From contig NC_069003.1 of the NCBI RefSeq assembly GCF_001194135.2, positions 25,565,456 through 25,629,455 of the forward strand: a stretch of 64,000 nt of DNA, read 5' to 3'. The stretch is from Octopus bimaculoides (taxonomy: Eukaryota). Shown piece by piece: positions 47,942 to 61,190 of the stretch; positions within the stretch are counted from its first letter, which is position 1; each line of letters opens with the position of its first letter. The notes below the pieces were generated by a model. The model saw nothing but the letters and a program-made list of their open reading frames with translations, made no database searches and had not been told where the DNA came from. The position numbers were made by a program, and so were the translations under genes.

Positions 47942-50156
47942 CTCTACAGTATTAAGGATCTGTTATTAGTGTGTGATGTATATTTCAGGTAATGGTACAA
48001 CTGACTGTGGTGTTAAACTACTTAAAGTCTGCCTGTCTTTAGTTCAACCTATCTACTATCTACTTTTATAGCATGTTGATGCAGGTAGTTTATCCAGTCC
48101 CCCTCCATCTTTTAATTCATGCAATTGAAGAAACTGCATTATTTATGGGGTGACCCAATATATATATTTATTTGTGTCTGTGTTTCTGCCCCCACCTTTG
48201 CTTGACAACCGATGTTGGTGTGTTTACATTCCCATAACTTAACAGTTTGGCAAAAGAGGCCAATAGAATAAGTACTAGACTTACAAAGAACAAGTTCTGG
48301 GGTTGATTTGTTTGACTAAAGGCAGTGTTCCAGCATGGCCACAGTCAAATGACTGAAACAAGTAAAAGAATATAACGTTGTTGATCTTTCTACCCTGACA
48401 ATGGAGGCTGGTTTTACCATAATGTTTATATGCATCCTCTAATGGGTGCATATCTTTGACGTTTTGCACACTCCATCTACCAATTATGAACATTACAACT
48501 ATTACATAATTCTGAGCCCACCAGAAACAGCTTTTGGATTTGAAATACCATGCCTTCTCCCCTTAGTTTTTCTGTATTTTTTGTACTCCATGTAAGTTTA
48601 TTTTTTTTTGTAACTATACAAATATCTATATGCTTATACACGAGTGTTCATCTTTTGAATATTTTCAGTTTTTTTTCTGTCTCTGTATATCCCTATATAT
48701 TTACATGTGTTTATGTATGCAAGTATATTTTGTATATCAAACACAAATGTGTTTATCTGTATAACTATATCTCTCTATATGCATATATATATATATATAC
48801 AGAGAGATAGACAGAGTATGAAAGAAACATTAAAATGCTTGATGTCATGATGTCAAATAATCAGTGTTGAATCAGTGACACCAAAATGGCTGCTGCCAAA
48901 ACATCTCAAAGCCAGCTGACTTGAGGTTTAACAGCAAACACAAATCTCCCAAAATACAAGAGTAATCCTTTCTCATTCACTGGTCTGTCATTGTTATCGT
49001 GATATAAAGCAGATGCAAGAATCAATGAAAATGAAAAGAAAAACTTCAGAGAATGAACAAAAGATTTTTACAGTAAAATATATAGTCCTTTTAATTTTTT
49101 TTTTTTGAAGAACCAGTGCAGTATGACCATTCTGGGGCAACACTTTCTAAGGGTTTAGTGACGCCAGAACTTTGCTTTGATATCTTGTTCTTTCAACCTA
49201 GTAAGGAAGGAAGAAAATACTTGACCCAAACAGGATGGGAAGTCAGATGGTAAAGGGATGTAATCGAATATCACAAAGTATTTTGTCTGATGCTCTATCG
49301 ATTTTACAATACACATATATACATATAATTGTATGCATCATATATATATGTATGTATGTATGTATGTATTTATGTATGTATGAATATATATTTATATATA
49401 TATATATATATAATATAATATTATATATGTGTGTGTGTGTGTAGTGTGCATATGAAAGGGCAGTGAAGAGAAGATTGACAAAAGTAAGGTGAAGGGCTAC
49501 AGGAAATTCTTAAACAAATGCTGATGTTTCTATGAAGCAAGCTAAGCAAATATTGCTTACAAATATTATTGGTGTCTACTGTTAATGAGCATAGCCCCAA
49601 GGTAGTAAATGAAGTAAGAAATTTCTGATAGAAGAAGTGAGGTATGTTCCCTGAACTAACACATGGCAGTGCTAGAAATAATGTGATGGATAGAAGAGCA
49701 TAGCCATTGTAGTCTATAGAATGTTGCATTTGCCAGCACAGCAAAGTAAAAACAGCCCTACATAACCAGGTGAGGTGCCTATACTGGGTCAGATGGTAGC
49801 AACATGAGTATTAAGAGAGTTAAAAAGAACTTATATATCAATATACATCGTCAACAGATACTGATGAAGAGAGATTACTTTATAAATAGAGAAAAGAGAT
49901 GGTGTTATTGCAAATTATAGTTTTTGTTTGGTCAATCACTTTGTTATAGAAACATGCTTTTATAGACGTAAATTGTGGCTGCCAAATACTAAAATGGTCA
50001 CTGCACATAGTGATAATTAAAGTACTTCCTTCAGTTATTGTTAAGAAAGGTTTATCTTCTTTATCACCTGAGTTGGAATTGATTAAAAAAAAGAGAAGAG
50101 TGAGAGAGAGAGAGAGAAGACAGAAAGAAAAGAAAAAAAAAAGCACAAAGCAAATA

Positions 50157-50553
50157 TCAAAGATCAAAACTCATGTCGATATCTTCATCTAAATAAATGA
50201 CAGCATCGGGTCGTCTGTCATTTTTCTTTGAAGACATTGACAATTGATCTTGCGTTGTGGAATCCTTGTCTGTTTTCTCCTCAGAACAATCAGTCATGGT
50301 TTGTTGTTCACTTTGATATTCTTTGTGACGTTTCAGGAGGTCAGACATGTCCATATTAACTGGGTCGTTTGAAAGTTCAGAGCTGTTACTTTGTGAATAA
50401 CTGTCTTTAGAATTACTGCTGGTGTCGTCACTGACAACAGCAGCCAGTCGGTCTTCCTTCTGCTCACCACTAACAGTTTCCATAGTAACATTCTCGGTGG
50501 AACCCATATCAGCTTCCATTCTCTTCTTCAGTTTGTTCTTGAAGCGTTTTGCC
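50157..50553 (-). CDS. PHAX: PHAX exon 5 (RAKRFKNKLKKRMEAD...DIDMSFDL*), 397 nt
   Basis: CAG acceptor, phase 2, in frame with ORF 50157-50519. Confidence 0.88.
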
Positions 50554-53500
50554 CTGTAAATTCAGAAAATTTATTCATTAAATGTAAACTGTTATATTTT
50601 GTAAGTTTCTTCTCTGACAATGTTTTGGTAATAATGCTCTAACCTTCACAACACACCGATCCACAGAACAAGCTAACAAGAGTATATATGGGGTTGTTTG
50701 ATCTGTTAAATATAATAGAGAGACAGAGATAGTTGTCTTATGATAGAGGAGATACTTGGCTACCTTAGGACAGAGAAGGAGAGGAAGGTGGAAGAGAGAG
50801 TTAGAGAGAAAGATAAAGAGACAGTCTGATTGAGAGAGGAGAAAGAAATAGNNNNNNNNNNNNNNNNNNNNNNNNNNNNNNNNNNNNNNNNNNNNNNNNN
50901 NNNNNNNNNNNNNNNNNNNNNNNNNNNNNNNNNNNNNNNNNNNNNNNNNNNNNNNNNNNNNNNNNNNNNNNNNNNNNNNNNNNNNNNNNNNNNNNNNNNN
51001 NNNNNNNNNNNNNNNNNNNNNNNNNNNNNNNNNNNNNNNNNNNNNNNNNNNNNNNNNNNNNNNNNNNNNNNNNNNGGGGGGGGGGGTGTTAGGAAGATGG
51101 GTGATTTGGTAGGACAGATAATGTGTGCATGTATGTGTATGAGAGCCATGGTTGTATTGGACCACCAGGGAGCAGTTGAACCTGTCAAAGGATTTCTCCA
51201 ATGTCAACAAGAGCCAAGCACAGTGGTTCATTTTTGGCAAAATGCTTCTCCTGCAGCTGCCTCATCAGAAAGATACCACCAATAGTGCTTCACCCAAGCA
51301 CAAAACCAAACTGCATCTCGTCTCGTCTAACTTCGTAGTAGAATACAGCCTGAAAATACCGTGATATTAAGTTATCATCATCATCACTCTCTTAGCACAT
51401 AGATCCTCAAGTCTTCTCACAACAACCTGCAAATAGCCTTCTCCAGACATCCCCATTGCTTGATTTCCACCTGGCTCCAATGAGATGCAGTTTGGTTTTG
51501 TGTTAAAACTAATCAGTTGTTTAGATCCAGGTGAGCTGTGAATGAGTAAAATTATGATGAAAGACAATCCAGCCATTGAAGACATCTTATACACATTCAT
51601 TACACACAAATATGAGTATGTGTGTGGTTTGCCTACATGATGTGGTTTGGGGTTCAGTTCCACTGCATGGTACCTTCAACAAGTCTTTTCTTCTATAGAC
51701 TTAGGTCAACTGAATCTTGTGAGTGGATTTGGTAGTGAAAAGCTGAAAGAAGACCACCTCTGTGAGTGTGTGTGTGCTTGCATGTGCCTGTGTCTTTGTT
51801 TACATCTATGAATGCTTATGCAAAAGTCCAGAAGGTGGTGTTGTTAGTTTCTCCCATCATCATGCAATCATCCGATTACTTCAAACCTTTGAAACTGTGA
51901 GGAGTAAGTGACCCCTTGTTTGAAAAACAGATGTAGTTTAATATTAGAAAGGGCATCCATGCCTCAATAACATATTCATTCAATCCATGAGGCATTGGGA
52001 AATGGGACATAAAATCAACAAAAAAAAAAACATATTTACCTTAGAATCTTCTTTGTTTTGGCTTTTTCCTTCTTTTCATCATTAAATATGTCTTTCATAT
52101 TCTGCTTTGTTACTTCAGAATCTGTTTTCAGAAGTTGGAAGAATACACCACCAGGAGTCCGTCGGCGTCCTCCATCCTGCATCAAGAAAAGACACCACAT
52201 TGATAAGTTCTGAAAACTTATTACACACTCAACCCTTTCGCATTGAAACTGGCCATATCCAACCAAAATATTCTACCTGTTTCATGTTCAAAGTGGCCAG
52301 ATCTAGTCTTTCACATCCGTTCAACAATGTCATAAAAAATAAAAAAATGATCACAGCATCAAAATCACCAAGCTATGTGCTAATGCATCAGTAATTCAAA
52401 ACAATGTGAATGAATAAACATTACAATTGATAAAGGAATTCGAATGCTAAAGGGTTAAAAGACCATTTAAAAAAATTTGTTTTGAAATCTTAATGCTGAT
52501 GTCACTGGGATATATCTTTTGAAACAGTACACCTGCCATGGAAACACATTGAGGTGTGAGATAGCTGAAAGGTTATCTATCCTTCGACTTTACTGATATA
52601 TGGCAATATCAGTGAATCTCCCTCAAATCACACCCCATTTTCAAAAGATTAGGAACATACTGGATTATGTAGTCCTCATTATCATGGGTTGGATGGTTTG
52701 ACTTTTGTGTCTGTTTTGGCATGGTTTTTACAGCTGGATGCTCTTCCTAACACCAACCACCCAGTCCTAGTTATCTTGGAGGAGAATAGGGTAGTCATGG
52801 CAGGAACACCTTTGAACCATTTAACATTTACACTATATTGCAAAGTGAAAAAAATTCAGCAAATGGTTGTTGCAGGAAGTGAATGAGAAACAAATAAAAA
52901 AGCCATTGTAAAATCTGTTCAGTATTTCTTTTGTGCAACAAAAATATCAACCATTTTTTAGAAATTGTATTGTGATGTGTGGCAAAAAACACCACCTCAT
53001 GCAGTGGCTGCACTGAGGTAAAGCCTCCAAAACAACCTTCCACAAACCAAAGCTGCATTAAAAGTTTACGGTCACTATAAAATCATCCACCAGAATTTCT
53101 CAAACATAGGTAAAACCACCACAGTACAGAATTAGTTTGCAAGAGCCTTGTGCTGGAGCCACATAAAAGCACCCATGCTGGCTCCACATGAAAAGTACCC
53201 AGCACATTCTGTAAAGTGGTTGGCATTAGGAAGGGCATCCGACATAGAAACCAAGCCAAATCAGAATGGAACTTGATGCAGCTTTCCTGCCTGCCAGCTC
53301 TGGTCAAACTGTCTAACCCATGCCAGCATGGAAAACAGGCATTAAATGATGATGATGAAGATGCAACATTTATATCTAGCATTGGTTATGACAATATCTG
53401 TCCATGTATTGCAAATGATTCTGCAAAAATTAAAGGAACTGCATTAAAAAAGTTGTCACCTGAAAGACAAGTTTTTCTTCATCAAGACTACAACTTTTAA

Positions 53501-55733
53501 ATCATGGTTGTACACTGAACTCACCCTATTCTATCCTTAATAAAACCCAACACATATCAAGGAAACATTCTTCAACTATAACCTCTTAATGGATGAACAG
53601 CACAACAAAGCTAAAAGCCTCAAAATCACTACAAATATTAAGGTTCCTAATCTGTTATTTCAGTTATTTTTGATAGCAGAAATGTAGGATGAAAGGTCAT
53701 ACAGAAGTAACCATTTCATCTTCCTTTCAGATATAATATATCTATGACTACATTGTATAGTGTCCATCCTTTCTAAAGGCAGTACAGTGTGATTTGATTG
53801 CTATTTTTAGCATTTTGGGTGACAATAAAAAACAGGCATGGGTAACCCGTATAAAAAAGTGGGTCCATCATCAAACATGACACACTACTCTTTTACTTGT
53901 TTCAGTCATTTGATTGTGGCCATGCTGGAGCACCGCCTTTAGTTGAGCATATCGACCCCAGGTCTTATTCTTTGTAAGCCTAGTACTTATTCAATTGATG
54001 TCTTTTGCTGAACCGCTAAGTTACGGGGGACATAAACATACCAGTATCGGTTGTCAAGCGATGTTGGGGAGATAAACACAGACACAAACATATACACACA
54101 CATACATATATATATATATACATACGACGGGCTTCTTTCAGTTTCCGTCTACCAAATCCACTCACAAGACTTTGGTCGGCCCGAGGCTATAATAGAAGAC
54201 ACTTGCCCAAGGTGCCACACAGTGGGACTGAACCCGGAACCATGCGGTTCGTAAGCAAGCTACTTACCACACAGCCACTCAAAAAAATTTCAAGATAATT
54301 TATAATTGACATGTCATTCAGAAAGACCTGTGTGCTACAATTCTCCCATGACCCATCTTGAGGCTTCCATGTTGGCTTTTAGTGTTCTCCCATGGCTGAC
54401 CTGATAAAAAACTTGCAAGAATGAGCTTCATCTTTAAGGTCAAGAAATATTTCAGCACAGATCAGGTACTCGCTATCAACAATGAGTGACTTCACATTAA
54501 ATTGCAAGTTTTCGTGTACCAAGAGATCTCCACCCTAAACACAAAACCTCCCCACCAGCTTTAAAGAAAGCAAGAGTGGCTGTCTGGTAAGTAGCTTGCT
54601 TACCACCCACACGGTTCCAGGTTCAGTCTCACTGCGTGGCATCTTGGGCAAGTGTCTTCTGCTATAGCCTCGGGCCGACCAAAGCCTTGTGAGTGGATTT
54701 GGTAGATGGAAACTGAAAGAAGTCCGTCGTATATATATATATGTGTGTGTGTGTTTGTGTTTGTCCCCCCGAGCATTGCTTGACAACCGATGCTGGTGTG
54801 TTTATGTCCCCGTCACTTAGTGGTTCGGCAAAAGAGACCGATAGAATAAGTACTAGGCTTACAAAGAATAAGTCCCGGGTTCGATTTGTTCGACTAAAGG
54901 CGGTGCTCCAGCATGGCTGCAGTCAAATGACTGAAACAAGTAAAATAAAATAGTAAATAGTAAACGTCACATGCTACTTTTGTCAAATAGCACCCATCAT
55001 TACACAATCAGTGAACAGCGCATCAGAGAGGGTAACATACGAGATAATAACGAACAGGGGAATAGGCAGAGATGAATGTGGGACATAACAAAAGCATAGA
55101 GCAAAGCATGGACATCACAACTTCCTAAGGCCATGTAAAAACCGGTTATTATTTGTTACTCACATTGGTCATCATTCCACCATGTTCTTCAACATCTCTG
55201 GTAAGACGGGCCACGTCTAGAGCTTTCTTCTTGCCCAAAACTTGGACAACTTTCTCTGTATAAAAAAAAAAAAATTAAAATAAAAAAAGATCAAATTGAG
55301 AAATATTCAGATATTTCCAACATTGAAAATGTATCTTGAAAACCTCAAGTGGTTAAGGGGATTTAGTTCCTAATTCTGCTTTATGATACTGAACAGATAA
55401 TTCTCTTCCTTTGAAACATTGCTTGTCTAGTAACATTCTCTAATCTTGTCCCCGACAACTAAGTGAACAGTGGTAATATAGAATAATGCCGTGTTTCTGA
55501 GGTACCATCCCTCTTTTTTTTTTTAACTTTGTTTAGTCATTAGACTGTGGCTATGCTGGGGCACTGCTTTGAAGACATTTTTAGCTGAATGAATTGACCT
55601 CTACTTATTTATTTTGTTAAGCCTGGTGCTTATTCTATTGGTCTCTTTTTGCCAAAATGCTAAGTTATGGGGATATAAACAAACCAACACCAGTTGTCAA
55701 GTGGTGGTGGGGGACAAAGACATACACACACAC

Positions 55734-55791
<58 letters not shown>

Positions 55792-56390
55792 CATCATCGT
55801 TTAACGTCCGCTTTCCATGCTAGCATGGGTTGGACGATTTGACTGAGGACTAGTGAAACCGGATGGCAACACCAGGCTCCAATCTAATTTGGCAGAGTTT
55901 CTACAGCTGGATGCCCTTCCTAACGCCAACCACTCAGAGAGTGTAGTGGGTGCTTNNNNNNNNNNNNNNNNNNNNNNNNNNNNNNNNNNNNNNNNNNNNN
56001 NNNNNNNNNNNNNNNNNNNNNNNNNNNNNNNNNNNNNNNNNNNNNNNNNNNNNNNNNNNNNNNNNNNNNNNNNNNNNNNNNNNNNNNNNNNNNNNNNNNN
56101 NNNNNNNNNNNNNNNNNNNNNNNNNNNNNNNNNNNNNNNNNNNNNNNNNNNNNNNNNNNNNNNNNNNNNNNNNNNNNNNNNNNNNNNNNNNNNNNNNNNN
56201 NNNNNNNNNNNNNNNNNNNNNNNNNNNNNNNNNNNNNNNNNNNNNNNNNNNNNNNNNNNNNNNNNNNNNNNNNNNNNNNNNNNNNNNNNNNNNNNNNNNN
56301 NNNNNNNNNNNNNNNNNNNNNNNNNNNNNNNNNNNNNNNNNNNNNNNNNNNNNNNNNNNNNNNNNNNNNNNNNNNNNNNNNNNNNNNNNN

Positions 56391-56443
<53 letters not shown>

Positions 56444-59400
56444 GACATTCACATACATACATATATACATCTTCAAGTATGTAGTTTTGTCCTACCTATG
56501 TTCTGAGTTCAAATCCTCTCAGAATTGATATCAAACATGTAATTAGTTGATTTAATTAACATGACCCCCACCAGCACAGCCACTACTATCACTACCACCA
56601 CCACCTCTTCACTAGAAATTTATGTAACATTATGCTGATTATTAGATATAATATTTCAATCCATGATAGAATACAAAGCCACAAATTTTTAAATACCAAA
56701 TACACCATCAAGGTATGACTGTGTATGTGGATAAGATGTTCATTTTGTAACCATGTTGTTCTGGGTTTGATTCTACTGCATGGCACTCTGGTGAAGGGCT
56801 TTCTATCAGAGCCTAACCAGAGGTTAACCACTACGAGTTGGAACTGGTAAGTAAAAACTAGATAAGACATGAGCGTTTATAGGTGAATGTTGTGTCCTCG
56901 CATTCATAAAAGTGCACATTTTTTATTTGCAGTTGCATATCAATGGGGGAAAACCCAAAATATGATGCCTCTGAAATAAGTTTCCTATGATATTTGTTCT
57001 GTGCTGAGTAACAGACACTCCTTTGCCATTCTCATTGTCAGACAAGCATGTACCAGTCATTTGGTCCACTGAAAACTTGTCATCAATGACATTATTGTTT
57101 ACCAACAGTGAAATAATCAAATAAATATAAAATGCAATCATCATCAACATCATCATCATCATCATCATCATTTAACGTCCGCTTTCCATGCTAGCATGGG
57201 TTGGACGATTTGACTGAGGACTGGTGAACCAGGTGGCTACACCAGGCTCCAGTCTGATTTGGCATGGCTTTTACAGCTGGATGCCCTTCCTAACGCCAAC
57301 ATAAAATATAATAAATGATATCTATGTGAAGTCTAACTGATACAGCCTTTAACACTTTAGCATTCAGATTATGTGATGCTTATTTATTCACGTTATTTTC
57401 AATTACTTATGCATTATATGATCGGTGAGAGAGAGAGAAAGTTTCATAAATACAGAATATATTTTTAACAAGTTGAAAGAACGAAAGGAAAAATATATTC
57501 TGTATTTATGAAACTTTCTCTCTCTCTCTTGCTCTCTATGTGATGTCCTTTCGTTCTTTCAACTTGTTAAAAATATATTCTGTATTTATGAAACTTTCTC
57601 TCNNNNNNNNNNNNCTCTCTCTCTCTCTCTCTCTCGGTCACCGACCATCGCTTTCTTTCTTTCTTTCTTTGTCTAAAGGTCAGTGGTGCTTTCCATCCCT
57701 CTCTCAGAACAGCTTGAGTCAGTGGTGATGCCAAGCAGGCAAGCAATTTCACGGAAAAGGCTGAAGGCCGATTAGATGCAAATAAAACCCATGTGCTTGG
57801 CATTTCCTCACATCAAATCGAAAGATAGCCATTCACGTTATTTTCAATTACTCATGCATTATCTTTTTGTGCTGAGATTTTGATGATGTGCTTGTATATT
57901 TTTAGTAGGGTAGGTGTGAGAAGCTGAATATGGCCAGTTAGTACATAAAACAAATATATTTGGGCCGGACATGGCTGATTTAAATGCTAAAGGGTTAATA
58001 AATAGATATCTTACCTATGAGGTACACTTTTGATTCTTCAAGAAAATTAGCAATGGCTTCTGTAATTTTTTCATCATCATCATCATCAGCTGTGACATCA
58101 AAAGCCTTCCTGCATGACTTCTTGTCATTTGGTTTCGGACCGAGACGCTTTTTGGCACTGCGCCTTCTTTTCTCAGCTTTTCTATACACTCCATTGAAGT
58201 TCTCTTCAAGTTTTTCTAAATCAGGGACACTATCAAACAGGTCATCATTTTTCTTGCTGGTCGTCACAGAATCAATGTCTGGTTTCACTGGCCAAGGCCG
58301 GGTGTCTTTCAGAGCCTTTTTGTAGCTGTAAGATTCTACCTGCCGATCACTGTAACTGTCGCCTTTGTGCTCCATGTCAAATCCGTGGAAACCTTGAGAC
58401 AACATCTGTGATTGTAATACAGAACCCCAAATATTCTTATTTTTCTTTGGTTTGCTACTAGTGTTAGAATCTGTGACATCCTGGCCAAAGGAAAACTGCG
58501 TATTGTGTACTTGGAAAGTGTAGTTCTTGTTAATAGAATTGCTGAAACTATACTCCATAGAACTCTGCTGGTCTTTTGAAGCAATACCATACCGTTTCTT
58601 TTTCCAGGTAAACTTTTCATCATCGCTGTCATCTGAACTTGATGCAATCTTTGCATCTGATTTGCAGCGATAGGACGTGGGGTTCACTGGCTTTCTGTAA
58701 TTCTGAGAAATGGTTGATGATGTCTGTAACAGAAAACGAGCAAATCATTCTTAATAAATAACATTGTGCAACAAGATTTTTGTCCTTGGGTAGCAACTGT
58801 TATTTCCTATTTGCTTTTACTCCTAGTAAGTATGAAAAATGGCTAATATTTCTTTCAAATGGGAAATATAAAAGAAAAAAAAAAACGTTTTCAAAATAGT
58901 CAATATTTTTGTAGTTCAAAAACTGTGATTTATGACATAAAATGTCCTCTAGAATTAGCCAGGGATAATAACAACAAGCTTTAACTACTAAATATTGTTA
59001 AACACACCTCTGCAAATACAATGTACATAAGCAATTCACTTTAAATACAACGAACAACTGTCAGTGAGACTGTTTTTAGCAGATCCACAAATAGGGTTCA
59101 TGGCAGGCAATGGGTTAAACAAGGAACGAAACACTGGATAATTGAGTCTTACCTAACCTTAAAAAGGTGGGATGGTTATAGTTGGAATGCCTTTGATTAT
59201 AGGTTTGGCTGATCAAACTTGACCAAGGGTTAAACAACAACCTCTCCTTAAGACTGTACAAAAGTTCTTTCATTGATGGCAAGGTCAAAATTGGATCATC
59301 AGTTAGTGTGGTCAAATGGTAAGATTAATCCATTGTCCAGTTTAACACCACAGTAGAGTCCACTACAAGAATTCAGGCTAGGTGTCTGGTCTGTGGTAAG

Positions 59401-60157
59401 TTGCACTACTCCCTGAATCAATTGTGGGGTTTTTTTTTCCTCTCTGAAATACCTCTTCTCCCATCAGTGTCAGACACAAATCTAATGGATGCTGCCTTTC
59501 GTCCACTTTCATAAATTACAACAAAAATGTTTTGTAAATTGGCTTACATAAGATGGTCGAGACTTCTAAACACCATACTCCTTTTACTACTCTCTTTCTG
59601 ACAATATTTTTTCATACAAGTCAGACACAAGACACACGCACAAAAAAGTAACCCGGACAGTTCACAAAGTACAGTATACACCCAGTTTGTCAGTCTACCC
59701 TATACAATTATCAATAGCAGGCTGGAATATGTATTATACTTCTAACCTACGTACAGGCACGTTCGAATAATAATAGATCTGTGGATCACACTTAGGCATG
59801 TATGGCATGGGTCCGCTTTATCAGCTGATTTGGTAGGGGTTGGATACACAAGAGAACAGAATAACTTACACTACAGTTTGAAAATCACAAAAAGGAAAAT
59901 TAATCTGCAGGGTTTATCTATCTATCTGTGTGTGTATTACTTGGTATTGTTGATCAACTTGTTGAAACCAATAAAAAAATTACTGATGGTGGGACTCAAA
60001 TTTCGTGGAACAAAAGTTTTGGTTTTATTGGGTCTTCCAAGTTTCGACTATAACGGTTTATTCAAGTAGACGGATTGAATAAGCCGTTAAAGGGGAAACT
60101 CGTAGTCCTGGCCGAATCAACGTGTGTGTGTGTGTATATACATACATACGCAGCCAC

Positions 60158-60201
<44 letters not shown>

Positions 60202-61190
60202 TCTGCAAATGTATATTTGAAAATTTATACCTTCGATAGATAGAACCAAGTTTGACAGGAAAGTGAGACGTTCATGCTTTTTCTAAATAAATAAAAGATT
60301 ATACAAACGCAAACACACATGCAAGGTATAACAGTACTGTAACTGTAAGGAATGTAAAAATGATGATACACAAGAACAAAAATACATTTAACAGGAATAA
60401 AACATTTATTACTCAGATGCAATTAAGCCTGTAAGTTTTGATCAAAGATTAACAATCTGCAAAAAGTTTTAGAAATTATTTTTTTTAATAATAATCATTT
60501 TGTTTAAATCAGAAATTGGTAAGTAAGACTGGGGAGTTTACAATTGTTTTTATTTTTTAAACGTATCTACCTAACGAATATTGAAACTACTTTTATTTTC
60601 GCTATATATGTATTTGCGTCTGCAGTGGTGTGTGAACATAAATTGTGTAAGTGTTCGTACATTTTCAACCTTAATTAACTGAAACATCATTTAAAAATTT
60701 TCTGGAAACGAAACAGTTTAATATTAATTATTCATCGAAGACTGATGAAAATGGAAATGATATTTAAAAAAGAAATAATGAAGTTCGAGGTTGTTTGTTA
60801 ACAATATATATCGATATAGTTGTAAAATGAAAAGAATTATTGTTTTATATGAATTTTACAGGCATTAATGAATAATAGGAAGACTATAAATAGGATAATT
60901 TCTCATTTAAAATAATTTTATAGTTTCATAAACATAGTTTTGGTAGGGATTAATTTCCCCAGTTAAACTACCATTAAGTCTTAACATAATCACGCACCAC
61001 TTCAATGGGAGGAACTGTTCACGTTAAAAAAACATAGAAAATGTGCAATAATAACGACAACCATAATAATTTGTAAAGACACGGATATAAGAAGACTGTT
61101 ATAAACCCTGATTACCTGGATATTTGACGAGGCTTCATTATCAGAATCAGAATCTAACAATTCACCGTCTTCCAGTTCCAATGCCGCCAT
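50157..61190 (-). CDS. PHAX: Phosphorylated adaptor for RNA export (PHAX/RNUXA), complete, 5 coding exons, 469 aa
   Basis: Exons 61116-61190, 58015-58723, 55164-55255, 52040-52176, 50157-50553 with GT-AG and continuous phase (1410 nt incl. stop). Motifs: LEDGELxDSDSD, SDDSDD..WKKKR, NIWGSVLQ, and RRRTPGGVFFQLLK of the PHAX RNA-binding domain. Confidence 0.95.
52040..52176 (-). CDS. PHAX: PHAX exon 4 (DGGRRRTPGGVFFQLLK...), 137 nt
   Basis: CAG/GTAAAT borders; RRTPGGVF signature. Confidence 0.95.
52229..52458. mobile_element. TTAA piggyBac-like MITE, copy 4 (PHAX intron 3)
   Basis: TCAA-CCCTTTCGCATT ... AATGCTAAAGGG-TTAA. Confidence 0.75.
53886..54280 (-). mobile_element. tRNA-derived SINE family B
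   Basis: Near-identical to 545-941. Confidence 0.8.
54574..54945 (+). mobile_element. tRNA-derived SINE family B (inverted partner of 53886-54280)
   Basis: Near-identical to 28137-28533. Confidence 0.8.
55164..55255 (-). CDS. PHAX: PHAX exon 3 (EKVVQVLGKKKALDVARLTRDVEEHGGMMTN), 92 nt
   Basis: CAG/GTGAGT borders; RNA-binding domain helix; not in the ORF track. Confidence 0.93.
57349..57998. mobile_element. TTAA piggyBac-like MITE, copy 5, interrupted by a ~410 bp insertion with a 32-bp flanking duplication
   Basis: TTAACACTTTAGCATT ... AATGCTAAAGGGTTAA; 57386-57417 repeated at 57831-57862 (1 mismatch). Confidence 0.7.
57427..57602. repeat. Complex inverted duplication (A-B-A'-x-B'-A')
   Basis: 57427-57466 and 57489-57528 form a perfect 40-bp inverted repeat; 57547-57602 is the reverse complement of 57433-57488. 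Confidence 0.85.
58015..58723 (-). CDS. PHAX: PHAX exon 2, 709 nt
   Basis: CAG acceptor in frame with ORF 57995-58687; GTAAGA donor, phase 1. Confidence 0.92.
61116..61190 (-). CDS. PHAX: PHAX exon 1 (MAALELEDGELLDSDSDNEASSNIQ)
   Basis: ATG at 61190, CAG|GTAATC donor; PHAX-like N-terminus. Confidence 0.92.

Noticed and set aside
60041-60107. Hairpin in PHAX intron 1 (TAACGGTTTATTCAA/TTGAATAAGCCGTTA) with GACTA/TAGTC-GAAAC on the minus strand, resembling hammerhead stem II
   Set aside because: No CUGANGA precedes the stem and no NUH triplet with stem I follows; at best a decayed motif.
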